DNA from: Paecilomyces variotii
Taxonomy: Eukaryota
Strand: one strand, 5' to 3'
Assembly (NCBI GenBank): GCA_004022145.1
Contig: RCNU01000007.1
Length of the DNA: 64,000 nucleotides
Part shown: positions 52,132 through 64,000 of the stretch, in pieces
How positions within the stretch are numbered: the stretch's first letter is position 1
Layout of the letters: every line of letters starts with the position of its first letter
The notes under the pieces: model-generated
Told to the model about the DNA's origin: nothing
The model's database searches: none
The model's input: only the letters and a program-made list of their open reading frames with translations
Translations under genes and position numbers: made by a program

Positions 52132-53504
52132 ATGTCCTCCAACACTATGCGCGCGGTCGTGTTCAAAGGCCCATTCAACGTGGCTCTTGAGGAACGGCCT
52201 ATTCCTAAAATCGAAGAGCCCACAGATATCGTTGTGAAGGTGATATATACAGCACTGTGTGGAAGGTGCGTGTCACATCGCCTGTGCTAGATGTAACTAG
52301 ATTTTCACATGGCGACGTGAGGGCTTACCTGTTTCAAGTGATCTACATGTCTTCCGTGGCATCGAGGTGGCTGAGCCGGGCTTTATCATGGGCCATGAAT
52401 TGACGGGTACTGTTGTGGAAGTTGGCAGCGCAGTCAAGACAGTTCAGAAGGGCGATAAGGTTGTCAGTGCCTTCACAACATCTTGGTATGTCTGCTAAAC
52501 AGTCCCATGAATTAGCATCTGTGCTAACTTACTAGTAGCGGCGAATGCTTCTACTGCAAAGAGGGCTTGTCATCGAGGTGCGCAAAGAACACCTTGTTTG
52601 GCTGCGAGGTGCTCAACGGTGGCCAGGCTGAATATGTAAGTTCCGGCAGAAAAGAAAAAACATCGTCGATACGTTTATTGCAAAGTCTTATAGACTTCGC
52701 GCATTGTAGGTTCGGATTCCGTTAGCCGACGGCACAGTGGTCAAGGTCCCGGAAGGAGTCCAAGAGCAGCTCCTGGTTCTCATGGGTGATATATTCCCAA
52801 CCGGTTACTTTGCCGCCAAGAATGCCTTCAAAGAATACTCCCCGGAGAAGATTTCCCAGCAGACTGCGGTTGTTATCGGTTGCGGACCTGTTGGTCTCTG
52901 TGCAGTGATAAATGCCTTGGAATATAAGCCTAAGCATGTCCTTGCCGTCGATTCTGTACCGTCGCGACTGGAGCAGGCAAAAGCTCTTGGTGCTGAACCG
53001 TGGAACTTCATGACTGACCGCCAGGGACTCGAAGAGCGTGTGAAGGAACTCACCGATGGCCGAGGTGCCGATGTTGTCATCGAGGTGGTGGGATTGAGCC
53101 CTGCATTAAGAACAGCCTTTGAACTTGTCAGACCTTTCGGGACAATTAGCAGTGTTGGTGTCCACAACGGCGAGGTATGTTTCAACTGTCCTATATTGAG
53201 AGATTGGATGCTAAGCCTTGTAGATCCCCTGGACCGGACAGGACGCCTATAACAAGAACTTGAAGACGCAAATGGGAAGATGCCCTGTGCGATCTGTCTT
53301 CCCGGAAGCTCTAGCGGTCCTTAAGAAAAACCAGGACAAACTTGCGTAAGTTTTTCACTGGTGCCCCAAACATGCACTACAGCAGCTAATGCGTGGTATA
53401 GATTCATGACACAGAATATTATGCCACTTTCCAAAGCCGTGGAGGCGTACGACCTTTTCAACTCGATGAAGGTCCAGAAAATCATCTTCGAGGCCGAAAA
53501 ATAA
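52132..53504 (+). CDS. Zinc-dependent medium-chain alcohol dehydrogenase (FDH-like), multi-exon
   Basis: MRAVVFKGP; spliced ALCGSDLH, MGHELTG, SCGECFYC..C, GGQAEYVRIP; GDIFPTG, VIGCGPVG, GRGADVVIEVVG. Confidence 0.92.
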
Positions 53505-55217
53505 GACGACACGATATAGTAATGATGAGTTACGTCATCTGACATTGTATACACTTTGTTGTGTATTGTCCAAAATAAATCACTGGCGTAGGTGAATAAG
53601 AAGGCGCCTGAAGAGGGCTTCTTTGTTATCGGGTGTTTGGTTGGCGATTTAAAGGTGTTTGAGCAGCTAGCTTATAGGACCCCTTGATAAATGGAATGAT
53701 TGGTCAAAGACTACGTATCAGCATTATGCCCATGGTTATTAAGGGTCTAGAATCTCAGTGTCCATACTAACGACATAGCCGACATCAGCCGATTCTCAAG
53801 CATTCTGCGGGAATTGAAGCCAGAGAGCCGGGTCCATGATCAAAGCTCTTAGCTGAGTGGATTTACGGGATCTACAACCGTAGTTCCGAAGCACGTTTGG
53901 TTAAGGATGATTTGCTGTGGGCGATCTATATATTGTCGATCACTGACAGAGAAGTCGGCACGTCCAGCCGAAATGTGACACGGGACTGTATGATGCAAGG
54001 GTCCATGGTGTTGGAGAACACTAGAGCTTATATGAATGTTGTGTTAAGAGTGCAATTAGACATGAAGATTGTCAAAAGATCAGAGCAATTTCTATGGGTG
54101 GCTGGGCTGAATATCTAGAGTAGGTAGGTAAGGTATGCCACATAAATGTTGAGAGCGCCGCAACGTCACCCTAAGAAAACTAAACAAGGGGGATCGGCAA
54201 TCTCAACACTGCACTCTTACTTGATAGTCTACTTATTTGCTTTTCCAGACAGAAGAAATGAATGCAGTTGAAATAATCGCGTCTATTGGTATAATTTCTG
54301 CGATTCAAGTTAGTAAACTCTCTGTATATGATCAGAAGGACCATGGCAGGACAAGCGTCAACATGCAATTACATATAAAGAAATATCGTTCAAAGAGCAG
54401 AAGCATTGACCAAAGGCGCATTGTATCAAGAATGTGAAGCTAACTCGATATGCATCTACGGAAGTTTTGTCAGCCTTGAGATGCAACTGGAGACACAGAC
54501 ACTCAGTCCTAGTCATGCGTCAGGATCTTGATATATGGAAATCACGCGCCATATACCATTCCGCGGCATATGCGATGATTCATTGGCGTTTCCCCACTAT
54601 AAAATTATTAGTCTAGCTGGTAATGGCTATCAAAAAAAGGTCGCGACGCGTTTTCAAACATCATCAGTCTCCGGCCTTGACGCTTTCCATTTATTTAGCT
54701 CCAAACTACATACGACTTTACGCGCCTGAAGGTGATCTGAGCACACCCCCCTGTATTTATTTGGTCACTTTTTCTTGCTGCTAAGAGGCTCAGAAGAATG
54801 TAATCTAGGAGTCTGATGCTACTGTGTGGATGATGACCAAGTTTAACTGCTCTGCACCAAAACTTGAATACTTCTTACGGAATTTGTGGGCTTAGCTTGT
54901 TTGCAATAGAGTCGATAAATTTATCTTTTCCTAGTTAGAAGCTCTCCTCGATTAAGACGCTCGTATTGCCCAACGGCTATTAAGTGCCGAGCTGATCCCA
55001 TAAGAATCAGTGATTCCCCATTCCAAAGAGATCTTCCAGATCCAATTTCTCCACAGTCAGTCTACCAAGAGTATGCAGAGTTATTGATGACGTCGTATCT
55101 TTCTTCGATTTTTTTCTAATCTGATCCCTTGCCAGAGATCTAATGTTCTCTCTTCTTACTTCTTTGTGATAAAGGACCGAGAATATCGTGCCTTTACCAC
55201 AGCAATACTGGGTAGCA

Positions 55218-57518
55218 ATGGCTGAGAAGCGTGATTCAAACGAAAGTGCTTCCCAAACACAAGACTCGATTCCAAAGGGACCCAAAAAGACGAGATTTGT
55301 CAGTTATCTATGGGATACTTTCGACAAACCACCGGAAGAGAGAAGATTGCTTTCCAAGCTTGATGCAGCAATTATATCATTTGCGTCGATAGGTTCGTCC
55401 CTTTGCAATTCCATGATGTATAGGTCTCACAATTGGAACAGGATATTTTGTGAAAAGTATTGACCAGTACAATATCAACAATGCGTTCGTTTCGGGAATG
55501 TATGTACAGACTTCTTATGAATACCAAGAGCAGTTTCCGCTGACTTTCACAGGCAAGAGGATCTCAGTCTCTACAAGAATCAGTTGAATTACATCCAAGC
55601 GGCCTGGACGATTGGATATATGGTGGGACAGGTTCCGAGTAATATCATCCTCAGTCGAACACGACCGCGATATTGGCTTCCTAGTCTTGAGGTGAGAGCC
55701 TATTCTACTGCCAATGGGAAATGAAAACTAAAAGCTTGTTAGGTTATATGGTCTATTCTCTCACTGTCGCTATCGAAATGCAATAAACCCTACCAGTTTT
55801 ACGTGATAAGATTCTTCATTGGTGAGCTTCTCGTTAACGGAGCAGCGTGAAGCAATATTGACGCTAGCGAACAGGGCTTGCGGAAAGTGGCTATTATCCG
55901 GGAATTCAGTATACGCTCGGTTCTTGGTACCGTCGAGATGAACTTGGAAAAAGATCTTGCATTTTCCAAATATGCAGTGCACTTGGTCAGATGGTCTCCG
56001 GGTACTTGATGGCTGGAGTGCATCACTTGGCTGGAGTGGGAGGATACAAGGGCTGGCAATGGTGCGCTACTGCATATATTAGAAAACTTGCATGTCCAGG
56101 ACTCGAACTGACTGTGGTTTATTATAGGTCGTTCTTGATAAACGGTGCAATTGCTTTCCCTATGGCTTTGGCAGGATACTTTATTATCCCAGATGTCCCT
56201 GAAATTACAAATTCATGGTTTCTCACTGAGAAGGTAGGGAGAAACCACTCTTTTGCTTGACCACTATACATGCCTAGGTTTTAACCTGCTACAGGAAATC
56301 TCTATTGCTCAGGAACGAATGAGACTGGAAGGAAGAAAGCCGCGTGGCAAATACACCAAGGAGAAGATGAAAAAGATCTTTTCGTCGTGGCACATATATC
56401 TAATGTCAATCCTCTATGCGTAAGTTAAGCAGTTCATGGAGTTGAAACAGAGTCAAATTAATCATGCATAAACAGGGCCTTCAACAACGGTATAGCGCTG
56501 TCACAACCTGTATTCCAACAGTAAGATCTTCACCTTGACCTGAAACATTCTGATATTGACAAGCATTCTAGGTATCTTCGACTCTCAAAGAATCCCAAGT
56601 ACTCAGTTGCCGAAATAAATGACTATCCAACAACAACATCTGCGGTACAGGTCGTAATGACCATTGTTTATGCTTGTATGCATAATATATATCGCTTTAA
56701 GTATTTCCAGACTAACTCATCGGCAGGGTTGTCTGATAGTCTCCTTCGTGGAAGCCGCTGGCCACCCCTGATTTTTGGTGGGGTAAGTTATTATTATTAT
56801 TACTTCAGAATGGAAGGCAGAGGTTGACTGACTATTAGATTATCAACATCATATGCTATGTATCACTCGCAGTTTGGGACATCCCAACTTGGTGGAAATG
56901 GACTTGTCTCATAGTTGCTGGGGCGTCGTATGGACTCGGCGGTCTTTGCATGGCGTACGTCCACCTCATCTCGCTTGATTTCTGACAAGGAACAATGCAG
57001 CTAATCAAAGTAAATGCAGTTGGGCCAATGAAGTCTGCGAAGACGACAGCGAGGAACGCGCTATCACGGTTGCCTCCATGAACGAGATAGCCTACGTCTT
57101 TCAGAGCTGGTTGCCGTTGGTTGTCTGGCAGCAGGTTGATGCACCGGAGTATAGAAGCGGTTACATTACCCTCTGCGTGTCATCTGTGATCATGATAGCG
57201 ACATCTTTCGTCATCAGGATGCTAAGCGATCGAGAACTTTCCATCAAGAGAATGCAACAAGGACAGAGAAACGGAAGTGAGAGCTGCGAGCAGTTGCAGC
57301 CCTATCTGGAACAATTCCAAAGCCAGGAGAATGAGAAGCGATCTGAGTTCCAAGAATCCGCTCTTGAACTCGGTTCCATGAGAGCCGGCTTTTCCTCTTC
57401 GTCAACACTGGCTCTTACATCGTCGGCGCGAGGTAGATATTATAGTAGTGCGGCCTCCATAGCCGACTCATCGCAGACGGAGATTGAGATGGATGCAGGC
57501 CAGAAAAGGGCAAACTGA
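55218..57518 (+). CDS. MFS transporter, anion:cation symporter (allantoate/pantothenate, Liz1/Seo1-like) family, 12 exons
   Basis: EERRLLSKLDA, IDQYNINNAFVSGM, GQVPSNI, RFFIGLAES..YPG, GSWYRRDELGKR, GWQW, WANE....D.EERA; all 11 GT-AG introns traced and the frame is maintained. Confidence 0.9.
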
Positions 57519-58338
57519 TGCGGATGAAAGGACTGGTCCGATCGTTGTTGATGGAAGATCCCTACATATTGTTATTGGGCAAAACTGTATGATAATGTGA
57601 ACTTCGTAATATAAAAGATTCCGGAACCATATCAGATCACCGTCTAGAACTAACGTTAGTAATTAGAATACTCGAACTAGAACTCTTAATTATATATATG
57701 ATGAGAACCTTGAAGGCCGAATGCTATTCCGTGATTAAGCTCCAGCGACCCCGAGCATCTATAAGTTCTCAAGTGCAAGATCTGGTCACCCGTAAGAGAA
57801 GCCGTGTCGACGCTGAACCCACCGCCGGGTCTGTATCTGGGAACTCTTGTATAGCCCACTAAGAAGTCCCGAAATGGGAAAAGACAATGACGAAGCTGAT
57901 CGCCAGCACGGAAACCAAGATTGATTCGGTTGCCTGTCCGCTACTGCTGCCTCCGAGTGCTTCATCCTTCTAGTCCTCTTCGAAACAAGCTACTGCAGAG
58001 ACGGCCTGTAGTTCATCGGGTCTGTTAAGCTTATCACCAACTACTCCATAGTCGGCAATCGTTTGCGAATAGCGGTCAGAACTCCCTCCAATATCCAGTC
58101 AAAGGCCACCATTCCCGCCACTACTAAGTAACACGAAGTCCAGATTGCGGAATTCGCCCGCACCTGAGCCAGCAAAAGTCGAGTTAGGAAATAGTCAGCT
58201 AACTATACCTTATTAAACGGAGCTCTTTCCCCCCACTGATATAATTCATATCGATCTGCCTAGACATATGTCTATCGCCCCCATCCGTCGGGCCACTTCG
58301 TGCAAAGATTCCAGCGGGAGGTCGAGATCCGAGTCAAG

Positions 58339-60317
58339 ATGAGCGATAACGATGGCATCGACAATGAGAAAGGCCAGCCGGCTGTGGAGGCTGAAGAAAC
58401 GGTATCAATCTACGGAAGTCGTCCAAGATGTTTCAGCAATACGCTCCAAGAATGTCTATTTGTCCTCACAGCCACCATGGCCATCGGCCAGTCTTCAATG
58501 TTCCAGGGATCTGTGGTGGGTGTTACTGCTTCAATTGGTCGTGACCTGAATATGAATTCAGCTGAGATCACTTGGATCAGTTCTGGCTCTGCGTAAGTGT
58601 CTCTTAGCGATTTACTTGGTCTTTCTGATGGTGACTTGCGGTTAAGACCCAAGGGAGATAATGTTCGCTAATCGCATAGAACAGACTAAGCAGCGGTGCC
58701 TTTCTTCTGACCTTCGGGAAATTAGCAGACATGTTTGGTCGTAAGAGTATGTTTACCGCTGGCATGGCTGGGTTTACACTCTCGCTGCTTATAGCCGGCT
58801 TCGCAAACAACGCCATCTACATGGATGTCTTTTCAGGAGTAATGGGTCTTTTCTCAGCTGCAGTTGTTCCGCCTGCCGTTGGAATTCTTGGATCGGTTTA
58901 TGAAAAGCCTTCGAAAAGAAAGAACCTCGCATTCGCATGCTTCAGCGCTGGAAATCCACTGGGGTTCGTGGCTGGTATAATCATTTCTGGAGTCGCTGAC
59001 CACTTGTACAATTGGCGCGCTTCTCTATGGACTCTGGCGGTGATATACGCCATCTTCACTGTCTTCACTATTTGGACGGTCCCCCACGACGGGCATGATC
59101 GTCTGCCTTTAGCCTGGAGATCATTCAAGAAATTCGACCTCCTGGGCACATTTCTGGTAATAACTGGAATTGCATGCTTCTCCAGCGCCTTGACGTAAGT
59201 AACTGCCACTTGTAGCGTTGGTTATTCTCTTTGATGGCTTACTCCTTCTAGACTTGCTGGTGATGCCCCAGATGGATGGAGAACTGGTTACGTTATTGCG
59301 CTACTCGTGGTAGGGATTTTCCTCGTGGGACTTTTCTTATACTGGGAGTCGCTGTGTGCCTTCCCTCTGATGCCGCTATATGTTTGGCGCAATCGTGAGT
59401 TTTCATTGGTACGTATGGTGCATCAATTCTGTTTCGATGTCACAGTTATCCGTCATGGACTAGATCCTCTTCCCCTTTGAGCCAACCATCTAGACATAAC
59501 GGAGTCTCTGTTCATTCACTAACGCAATGATAGCTCATGCTGATATTTTGCCTTGGTTTCATGGGATTCGCATCCGTGACTTTCTGGATTTCGCTATACA
59601 TGCAGGAACTCAAACACCTATCTGCCCTCCTGGTTGCCGTCCAGTTGCTTCCCATGGTAGTCAGTGGGACTCTGGTCAACGTTGTTTGTGGTTTCGTCCT
59701 TCACAAGGTTAGCAACAAGCTCCTCATGGGTATTGGTGCTGTCGGTTATACCGCAGCTCTTCTTATCCTCAGTTTCCTGAGGGAGGATGCTCCATACTGG
59801 GCCTTCATTTTCCCCGGTTTGATACTTGTCGTGGTCGGTGCAGATATCGAGTTTAACGTTGTTAATGTAAGTTGCATTCTTTCCCCTCCTATATTTGGAT
59901 TCGTGTTAGCTGACAGGAGCCGAAATACAGATGTATGTAATGTCTTCTCTCCCATCATCGGAACAATCCGTTGCCGGTGGGATCTTCAACACTATCTCCA
60001 AACTCTGTAACAATATCAGCCTGGGTATATCCACGGCCGTCTACAACGCCGTCAGAGCTCAGCAGTCAAGCACCTCTATCAGACCATACTTGGCTACGTT
60101 CTGGTTCGGGGCTGCCATCTCCGGGATATCAATCTTCCTCGTCCCATTTCTTCGGCTGGGAACACAAGGTGGCAAAGAATCCCATCATAGCCCTATTGAA
60201 AAGTCCAGCACGGAAAAGAATACTGCTGAAGAGAAGATAAGGGAGGTTGGTCCCGGCAGTGACGAGAGCAGTTTCACCCGTCAAGGTGAGATCAGTGTGA
60301 TCGGGGCCGAGAAATGA
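58339..60317 (+). CDS. MFS drug:H+ antiporter-like transporter (DHA2/ATR1-like), 5 exons
   Basis: RPRCFSNTLQECLFV, GKLADMFGRK, FACFSAGNPLGF, WRASLW, FDLLG, PLMPL, Q.VAGGIFNT. Confidence 0.88.
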
Positions 60318-60661
60318 GGTGGTAAAAAGGTTATGGACTTCTTCACAATCTATGATGATGGCTAAACGACTCTGAAATTTCTCTCTTGAGATTGACTGAT
60401 AGATTTAGAAGGATTGATATATAGATAACACGAAGGTAACAATAAGACCTAGATTAACAGCTTTGAACAATCTAAAAATTTAAATTCACATTAACGCCAA
60501 ATCCGGGTTCCGCAGTAGCCCACAGGCAGTGTACATAATACTTATGCATGAGTCCCAAATGATGAAAATGATAATGATTATTACAGCTCATCTCAGCCAT
60601 GCGATATGCCATCATTAGATCCATGAAGACCTGCTCGTCCTGTTCCATCTGGTAGAGTAAC

Positions 60662-61509
60662 CTAATCAAAATGCGGTCCCAAACTAACAAGGCTGAACCT
60701 CAAGTCCGGATTACCACCTTCCTTCTCTATCTTCAAGAATCTCCTCACACCCAAATCAAGTGCCTTCTCACTCAGCACGTCCTCGTCATCCGCCAGTCGT
60801 CCCCGCTCCAACGGACCCTTTCGTCTACCATCGAGTTCCCACAACCGACCATCCCCACCCTTAACAAACGCCACAAAGTGTAGATCTACATTATCTTCCG
60901 CCTGCGGAGCTTCCGTATCACCCAACTTGGCTGCGTCTGCGTGTGCGCTCTCCAACGCCTTGCTCTCATACAGCAGATCCGCGCGTTGGATAGGAGGCAA
61001 TGACTCCGCAGCCTTGAGTAACTGCTCAAGATCGGAGCCAGGAGTGATGTTTTTTCGAGGTTCACCGTTGCTGACGGCGTGTAGGAGACCGATCAGACCA
61101 CAGGCGTTGCGGATTGTCTGCTTGAACCACATGACGGGCTCTGAAGGTCCAGAGCCGGTGTATTCGGGCAGTTGCGAGTCTTCAGCGACTCGACTGGCTT
61201 CGTATGTTGGAGATACGGGGAAAACAAGGAGAAGGGCATGTGCTGGTCGAGGAACGAATGCAAGGAGATCTGGTTCGTCGATTGAGTAGACGTCTGTGAA
61301 GCCGAAGGAGCGAGAAAGGCCCAGTTGGTGGACCAGATGGGACATAACTTCAGGGTTGTTTTCTATGAAAGATGAGAGATGTCAGTTCAAATTCTGTGAT
61401 GTTATAATTTGGATTGGTCCTTCATAGTAGTCAAATAATGAATATGAACGCTCGTACCTAGAGGCACGAAGGCCTTGTTTGTGCCGGGAGCATCCGCGTC
61501 GCTTGCCAT
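60662..61509 (-). CDS. YUH1: Ubiquitin C-terminal hydrolase (peptidase C12, UCH-L3/Yuh1-like), 2 exons
   Basis: FVPL-ENNPEVM, QTIRNACG (catalytic Cys), LHFVAF (His), ELDGRR (Asp). Confidence 0.88.
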
Positions 61510-61983
61510 GGCTGTGAAATTCTGATATACTAGCTGGTGACAACTTGGGTCTGATATTTTCCGCAGATATATTGTTGGATGATGAGGAGAAATGTATTGA
61601 TTGATACTAAGCTCTAGATAGAGGCACGTCAGTTGCTCATTATTATTGACGCGGGGCGGTTATAGGAAAATGCAAACGCTCCAAACGTGCGGGGAGAAAC
61701 GAGTGCTTCCCCGCCTCCGCAGCTTTATCAAGTTATCTAGATGTCGTAGTTGGCGAATTTATCTTCCGTTATACAGCGCATTGGAGAAAATGGTTACCTC
61801 GTAAAATGATAGAAAACATAATGAGCTATGTGGAACTAGGAGGAGTAAACCATATCTGACTTGATTAGGACCTCTTGAGTAGTTCGATATCCTTCATCAC
61901 GAGTCTAAACACATGAATCAATCTTGCAGGCCCCGTCTCTTTTTGTGTCATAACTTCTAAGGATATGAACAAATGTGTAATGT

Positions 61984-63116
61984 CTATTGCACCACGGGCT
62001 TCTCCCCACGCTTCAACGGCTCAAAAATAGTTGTCCATAGTTCATTTGCTTCCCCAAGGAAGTAAGTCAAACTAACATCGGCCATGCTGGCATCATCCCC
62101 CCCAGCAAGTGTTTCCAGTTGAGAGATAATGTTTTCAAGTCCGAAAGCCTTTCCGGTGGCTTGTGTTGAACCCGCTTCCAGCATAACATTAACGATGTGA
62201 ATGTGGAAGTGATAATAAGTTGGTTGATCTGTTATGTTCAGTATGTTTCCAGTGAAGTAGCAAAGATAGATTAACACTCAACGTACAATGAACGTAAAGT
62301 TTCAGCTGGTCCTGTTCAAGCTCAGGATACATTTCCACAGTAGCGTCCAGAAGCCTCTGTCTCAAATATCGTAGCCAAGGAATGTGACTCTTCCTCAAGT
62401 CACGCAAACTCCATATATCTCGCCTCTGAACTAAAGCAAGTAAATGAAGCGATCCAATGGTCTTGCGGTCCCAATTAAGGTCCGGGAGCATCAAGAAGCC
62501 ATCTTCAGGACTATTGCCTGGCTCCTTCAAGATCACGTCTTCTTGTTCCGTTTTTCCTTCTAGGATGTTGAAAATCCAGTTCAGCCTTCCTTCCTCTCGT
62601 TGTCTACTCATGTATGGCCTGACGTAATTTTTATAGACCTCTGGGGTCTCGGTGACCATGCGCACAAGCTGAGCGGAGTACTTCTTAATGTGCTTATCTG
62701 TGCACGGCCAGATAAGGTTGAGTTTGAGATCCGGAGGTTGGGCGCTTGCAGTATCACCACCAGACGATGCCATATACCAGCGATAAATGTCATTGTCGCC
62801 CAAGTTTGTCACCCGTGATATGGCAGCATGGAAAGCTCGCAGGACTTCTACTGATTCGGTAGCGAACACGGCCCGTTCTGCTGTCAGGATGCCCTGCTTG
62901 CCCGAAATTGTACCTAGAATAGAAATGCGACGACCATGCTGGTCTGTGCGGTACGAGGATATCAGTTTATCGCGTGTACTAGCGGTATAGTTCTCCTGAG
63001 AGGACGTATATTGCTGCGAAACTCAGAGTGTGAAGGCCAGGGATCGAACCTTGGTTAAGGAGTCTCTCGACCTCGAATTGCGAGATCAGAGCTTCCGGAG
63101 TGGTACCCCCGGCCAT
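61984..63116 (-). CDS. DCS1: Scavenger mRNA decapping enzyme DcpS (HIT family), 3 exons
   Basis: NDIYRW, LNLIWPCT..HIKKYS, ETPE.Y, LNWIFNILEG, LPDLNWDR, IWSLRDL; spliced HIT motif YVH.QPTYYHFHIH. Confidence 0.94.
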
Positions 63117-64000
63117 GTCGAAGGCTTCAAGGTACTACTCACGCTCAGATAAGAGGTATGTTAGAGTTGTGATAAACAAAGCAATTTGTGTCGGCAGTCA
63201 ACTTTCGTCGACTCCAGATTATTTATTGTCGGCAGAATCCAAAGGCGGTCAGGGACGCTAAACTGCGCTGTAAATATATGCCTGTTATCGGCAGTTAAAT
63301 TGTGAAATAGATACACGCCTATCACATAATGCAGGAAAGTATCATGTGTCATATATCGCAGATCTTGCCTATATCGCAATCCTTAGATGTCTAAGAACTG
63401 CCTCCGTAGCTATTCCGGACAACCAGGAATGATTCTGACGGTGGCTATCTGCATCTCCTCTATCTCTTTCGGCGACATCAAAATTGGGCCGTCTTTAGCC
63501 TGCGTTGGGTTCCCGAAGGGAGTTTGTTTTCTGGGTAGGGTTGCGGAACCAGTAAATTTCTTTTTCCATCGCAGTCCGAAGTCTTACCCATAGGCGTCGC
63601 CGTAGTTTTGAGACGCTCACTGGGAAATGTAGCGACATAAACACATGACATAAACACATGCATGTGCTATGAAGTCTTTGCGCCGAGAGGTTCAAGACTC
63701 GAATTGAGAAGCATCGGACCCTGGAAGGCACTAAACGGTCACATCTGTGTTGACCACAATCTAGAAGCGATGCGATTCGCTAGGGTCGTCTGTTATCACG
63801 GCATAACTTCCCCGTAGCTCTATTGTATAGCATGGAAAGCCACTTCCGAGGCAATGGTGACAATTTAGCTGGAAGTGTCTTTGCCCTCTCCCTCAGTCGA
63901 AGCTTCCGGACTCAGGTGCATCTGCCAAATCAGACATCAGACGTCAGCTTCTGCAGCACACGGGTATAGTATAACATCTGGGAGAATTACCGCCTCTGCA

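Noticed and set aside
63037-63054. GGTTCGATCCC tRNA T-loop/B-box-like motif on the minus strand
   Set aside because: It is the exon1/intron1 junction of DcpS; no cloverleaf
63387-64000. Short ORFs and a 13-bp tandem duplication (GACATAAACACAT x2, 63634-63659)
   Set aside because: No recognisable product or structure; probably intergenic slippage

Overview
Eukaryotic, intron-containing fungal DNA. Gene content, short GT-AG introns with CTRAC/CTAAY branch sites and protein sequences indicate a Eurotiales mould (Aspergillus/Paecilomyces-like; the genus is inferred). About 27 protein genes. Bases 1-42.4k are mostly conserved housekeeping genes: DBR1, an Rpr2/Snm1-family subunit, ZPR1, ORC6, a queuosine-salvage hydrolase, UBA2, a mitochondrial SDR, ELC1, SEN54, an arrestin-like protein, a PPIL3/Cyp10 cyclophilin, VPS72, a JSN1/PUF2-like protein and a METTL4-like methyltransferase. 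Small accessory patches interrupt them: a decayed kinase-like pseudogene next to a CorA-like protein, orphan ORFs and a possible HET-type relic. Bases 43-60k form a metabolic block: a divergent, intronless 2OG-Fe(II) dioxygenase + Fcy2-type permease pair, a 2,3-dihydroxybenzoate decarboxylase, a SAM methyltransferase, a Zn alcohol dehydrogenase and two MFS transporters. A UCH deubiquitinase and DcpS close the window. The best candidate for an undescribed system is the dioxygenase/permease module. Its permease has an altered substrate-binding motif, its shared promoter is GATA-dense and hairpin-rich, and transposon-like relics lie nearby. No rRNA, tRNA, CRISPR array or intact transposon was found. 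All family calls come from motif recognition by eye, not from database searches.
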